Positions 41,065-42,951 of a stretch of DNA of 42,951 bases are shown piece by piece (within the stretch, counting starts at the first letter, position 1; each line of letters starts with the position of its first letter). This stretch comes from an uncultured bacterium (GTDB lineage: Bacteria; Auribacterota; Erginobacteria; Erginobacterales; DAOSXE01): NCBI GenBank assembly GCA_964538495.1, contig CAZIEA010000004.1, positions 4,262-47,212 on the forward strand, given 5' to 3'. The translations under genes were made by a program, and so were the position numbers. A model generated the notes under the pieces. It was not told where the DNA came from. It searched no databases and saw only the letters and a program-made list of their open reading frames with translations.

Positions 41065-41784
41065 ATGAAACCGCTGGTCCTGATCCCCACTTATAACGAG
41101 GCCGCCAACATCGCCGAGGTGGTCCGCGGAATCCGCGCGGCTTGCCCGGAGGCGGAAGTCCTGGTGGCCGACGACGATTCTCCCGACCGCACCTGGGAGA
41201 TCGTGGAGAAACTCGCCGCCACCGACCCCCGGATCCATCTCCTGCGCCGGATCGGGGACCGGGGCCGGGGCAGGGCGGGCCGGGACGGCTTTCTCTGGGC
41301 GCTGAAAAACGGGTTCGACCGCGTGATCGAGATGGACGGGGATGGGTCCCACCCGCCCGAGGTCCTGCCCCGGCTGCTGGAAGCCTCCGAACACTACGAC
41401 GCGGTCATCGGTTCGCGCTACCTGCCCGGGGGCGGGTCGCTCCGCCAGGGGAAGCACCGGGACCTGATCAGTTCCCTGGCCCGCCGCTATTTGCGGCTCG
41501 TTCTGGGGGTGAAGGTGAGCGACCCCACCTCCGGGTTGCGGCTTTTCCGCGCCTCCGCCCTGGAGGCCATAGACGTCCGTTCGCTCCGGAGCCGCGATCC
41601 CTTTATCGTGACCGAGGTGCTTTACCGCTGCCAGAGGGCGGGCTTGCGGATCGGGGAGGTCCCCTTCGTCTTTCGCGACCGGCTGGCCGGGGAATCCAAA
41701 CTCGGCGGCGGGGGGCTGGTGAAATACCTCTTCCCTGTGCTGAAATTAAGGTTTTCCCGGTTGGATTCACATGTAGACATGTAG
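41065..41784 (+). CDS. family 2 glycosyltransferase, polyprenol monophosphomannose synthase-like
   Basis: Start trimmed to the ATG at 41065. MKPLVLIPTYNEAANI...VLVADDDSPDRTW...RGRGRAGRDGF...EMDGDGSHPP. The C-terminal SHVDM and the TAG stop (41782-41784) lie in a CATGTAG block. Confidence 0.85.
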   Translation: MKPLVLIPTYNEAANIAEVVRGIRAACPEAEVLVADDDSPDRTWEIVEKLAATDPRIHLLRRIGDRGRGRAGRDGFLWALKNGFDRVIEMDGDGSHPPEVLPRLLEASEHYDAVIGSRYLPGGGSLRQGKHRDLISSLARRYLRLVLGVKVSDPTSGLRLFRASALEAIDVRSLRSRDPFIVTEVLYRCQRAGLRIGEVPFVFRDRLAGESKLGGGGLVKYLFPVLKLRFSRLDSHVDM

Positions 41785-42095
41785 GGCATGTAGAAGGGTT
41801 CAGGGTTCGGGGTTCAGGCGCGAAGCGGGGTCGGGATCGGGATCGGTATCGGGCGCGCGTAAGCATCACGCAAAGACGCAGCGACGCCAAGGAACGGATC
41901 GTTCACCAACCTTTTTGCTTTTAGCGGCGGGTTTTGCAAGCCGCTTTCGAAGGAGCGGCGATACCAGGTGCCAAAAAGACGCGCCTCCTGACTCCTGAAT
42001 CCTGACTCCTGTATCCTGGGCTTCCGGACTCTATGCTCTATGCCCTATGCTCTATGCCATAGCCTGAACCCTGAACCCTGAACCCTGAGAACTCC
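41765..42095. repeat. repeat mosaic
   Basis: CATGTAG x3 (41765-41793), reverse CCTGAAC words (GGTTCAGG x3), GGGATCG x3-4, ~100-nt module (41867-41967) ending in a single reverse hairpin unit, TCCTGAY x4, CTATGCYC x4, CCTGAAC x3. Confidence 0.9.
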
Positions 42096-42099
42096 ACCT

Positions 42100-42951
42100 A
42101 TGTTAAAAACCGCGGCTCAGATGGCGGCGATGGCCCCTTCGGCCCTGACTTACCTCTCGGCCTACCGGCGGCTGCGCAAAAGCCAGTGGTGGCCCCGGGA
42201 GGCTGGAGGCCGAGAGGGACCGCAAGCTCGCCGCCCTGGTCAAGTACGCCGCCGAGAAGGTTCCCTACTACCGAAAGGTCTTCCGGGAGGCCGGGATCGA
42301 GCCCGGGAGCATCCGGACCGCCTCGGACCTTCCGCGGCTCCCCGTTCTGGAGAAGAAGACCCTCAACGCCGAGTTCGACAATCTCCTGGCGGAAGGGTTT
42401 CCCCGCCGCCGTCTCCTGCTTTACTCGACCGGGGGCTCGACCGGGCTTCCCACCCGCTTCTGTCACGACGGGTCCGAGATGGCCTGGACCGAGGCTTCGG
42501 TGAATCTTTCCTACACCTGGGCCGGGTATCGCCCGGGGGAGAAGTTCCTCCTGGTGGCCGGGCTCCCGGGGGAGAAATCGAGCCTGGTCGGGCGCATCCG
42601 CCGCCTGCAGGGCCAGCGCAAGATCTCCCTCTTCGGGGCCGGTGAGAAGGAGGTCGCGGAGGCGATGGATTACATCCTCCAACTTCGCCCGGTCGGGATC
42701 AAGGGCTACGTCTCCTGGCTCCGGGTGCTCGCCGGGGAACTGGAGAAACGGGGCGCGCCCTGGCGTCCGAAACACCTGATCGCCTCCTCGGAAAAACTTA
42801 CTCCCGCGGACCGGGCCGCCCTGCGGGCAGGCTTCGGGGTGGAACCCTTCGAGAACTACTCCAGCCGCGAGTTCATGCTCGCCGCCGAGTGCGAAGAGCA
42901 CCGGGGCCTGCACATCGCCGCCGAAAACGTCATCTCGAGACCGTCCGGGAC
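42100..42951 (+). CDS. CapK/PaaK-like adenylate-forming ligase (phenylacetate-CoA ligase / F390 synthetase family), 3' partial, with an apparent frameshift near 42197-42203
   Basis: The frame starting at 42203 is open to the window edge and is therefore absent from the track. It reads LEAERDRKLAALVKYAAEKVPYYRKVFREAGIEPGSIRTASDLPRLPVLEKK...LLYSTGGSTGLPTRF...ENYSSREFMLAAECEEHRGLHIAAEN. The matching N-terminus MLKTAAQ...YRRLRKSQWWPRE is in the frame of the ATG at 42100. Confidence 0.7.

Noticed and set aside
1-42951. Transposase, integrase, RAYT, prophage or defence-system genes that could explain the repeat load
   Set aside because: I recognise no ORF with HUH/Y1, DDE, tyrosine or serine recombinase, restriction-modification or other defence signatures. 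The only nuclease-like fold is the small GxxExxY protein. This absence is judged by eye and should be confirmed with HMM searches.

Overview
High-GC bacterial window, probably a metagenome contig; I cannot assign a taxon and saw no rRNA, tRNA, CRISPR or transposase. There are three layers. (1) Positions 1-11335 on the minus strand form one continuous open frame that is missing from the supplied ORF track because it has no stop inside the window. It encodes a secreted protein of at least 3,778 aa made of right-handed parallel beta-helix modules, arranged as about 3.5 tandem super-repeats of roughly 1,000 aa. (2) Positions 11.9-43 kb hold a surface-glycan locus, almost all on the plus strand. 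It contains a Wza-like exporter, a split PCP plus BY-kinase, a Wzy/O-antigen-ligase-like protein, five polyprenol-phosphate-sugar-synthase-like GT2s and four GT-C-type polytopic membrane proteins. It also has three methyltransferases, two alkaline-phosphatase-superfamily enzymes, cysD/cysN, an SDR epimerase, wecB (minus strand) and a CapK/PaaK-like ligase running off the right edge. (3) The most unusual signal is non-coding. Most gene boundaries of 50 bp or more in the high-GC part are filled with a shared, shuffled vocabulary of repeats. One class is arrays of a 29-30 nt unit with a conserved TTGTAGTATC head and a variable 8-bp hairpin that shows compensatory stem changes. The second class is triple CATGTAG blocks (11 copies, several as inverted pairs). 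The third class is short tandem 7-9 nt words joined into 70-100 nt composite modules that recur almost identically. Several genes take their stop codon and last residues from these repeats. Two small low-GC cassette genes, a four-helix-bundle/Avd-like protein and a GxxExxY PD-(D/E)XK-like protein, sit beside and inside the cysD-cysN pair; the first is bracketed by inverted hairpin arrays. All protein calls come from motif recognition by eye, with no database search. Coordinates of trimmed starts were checked by hand.
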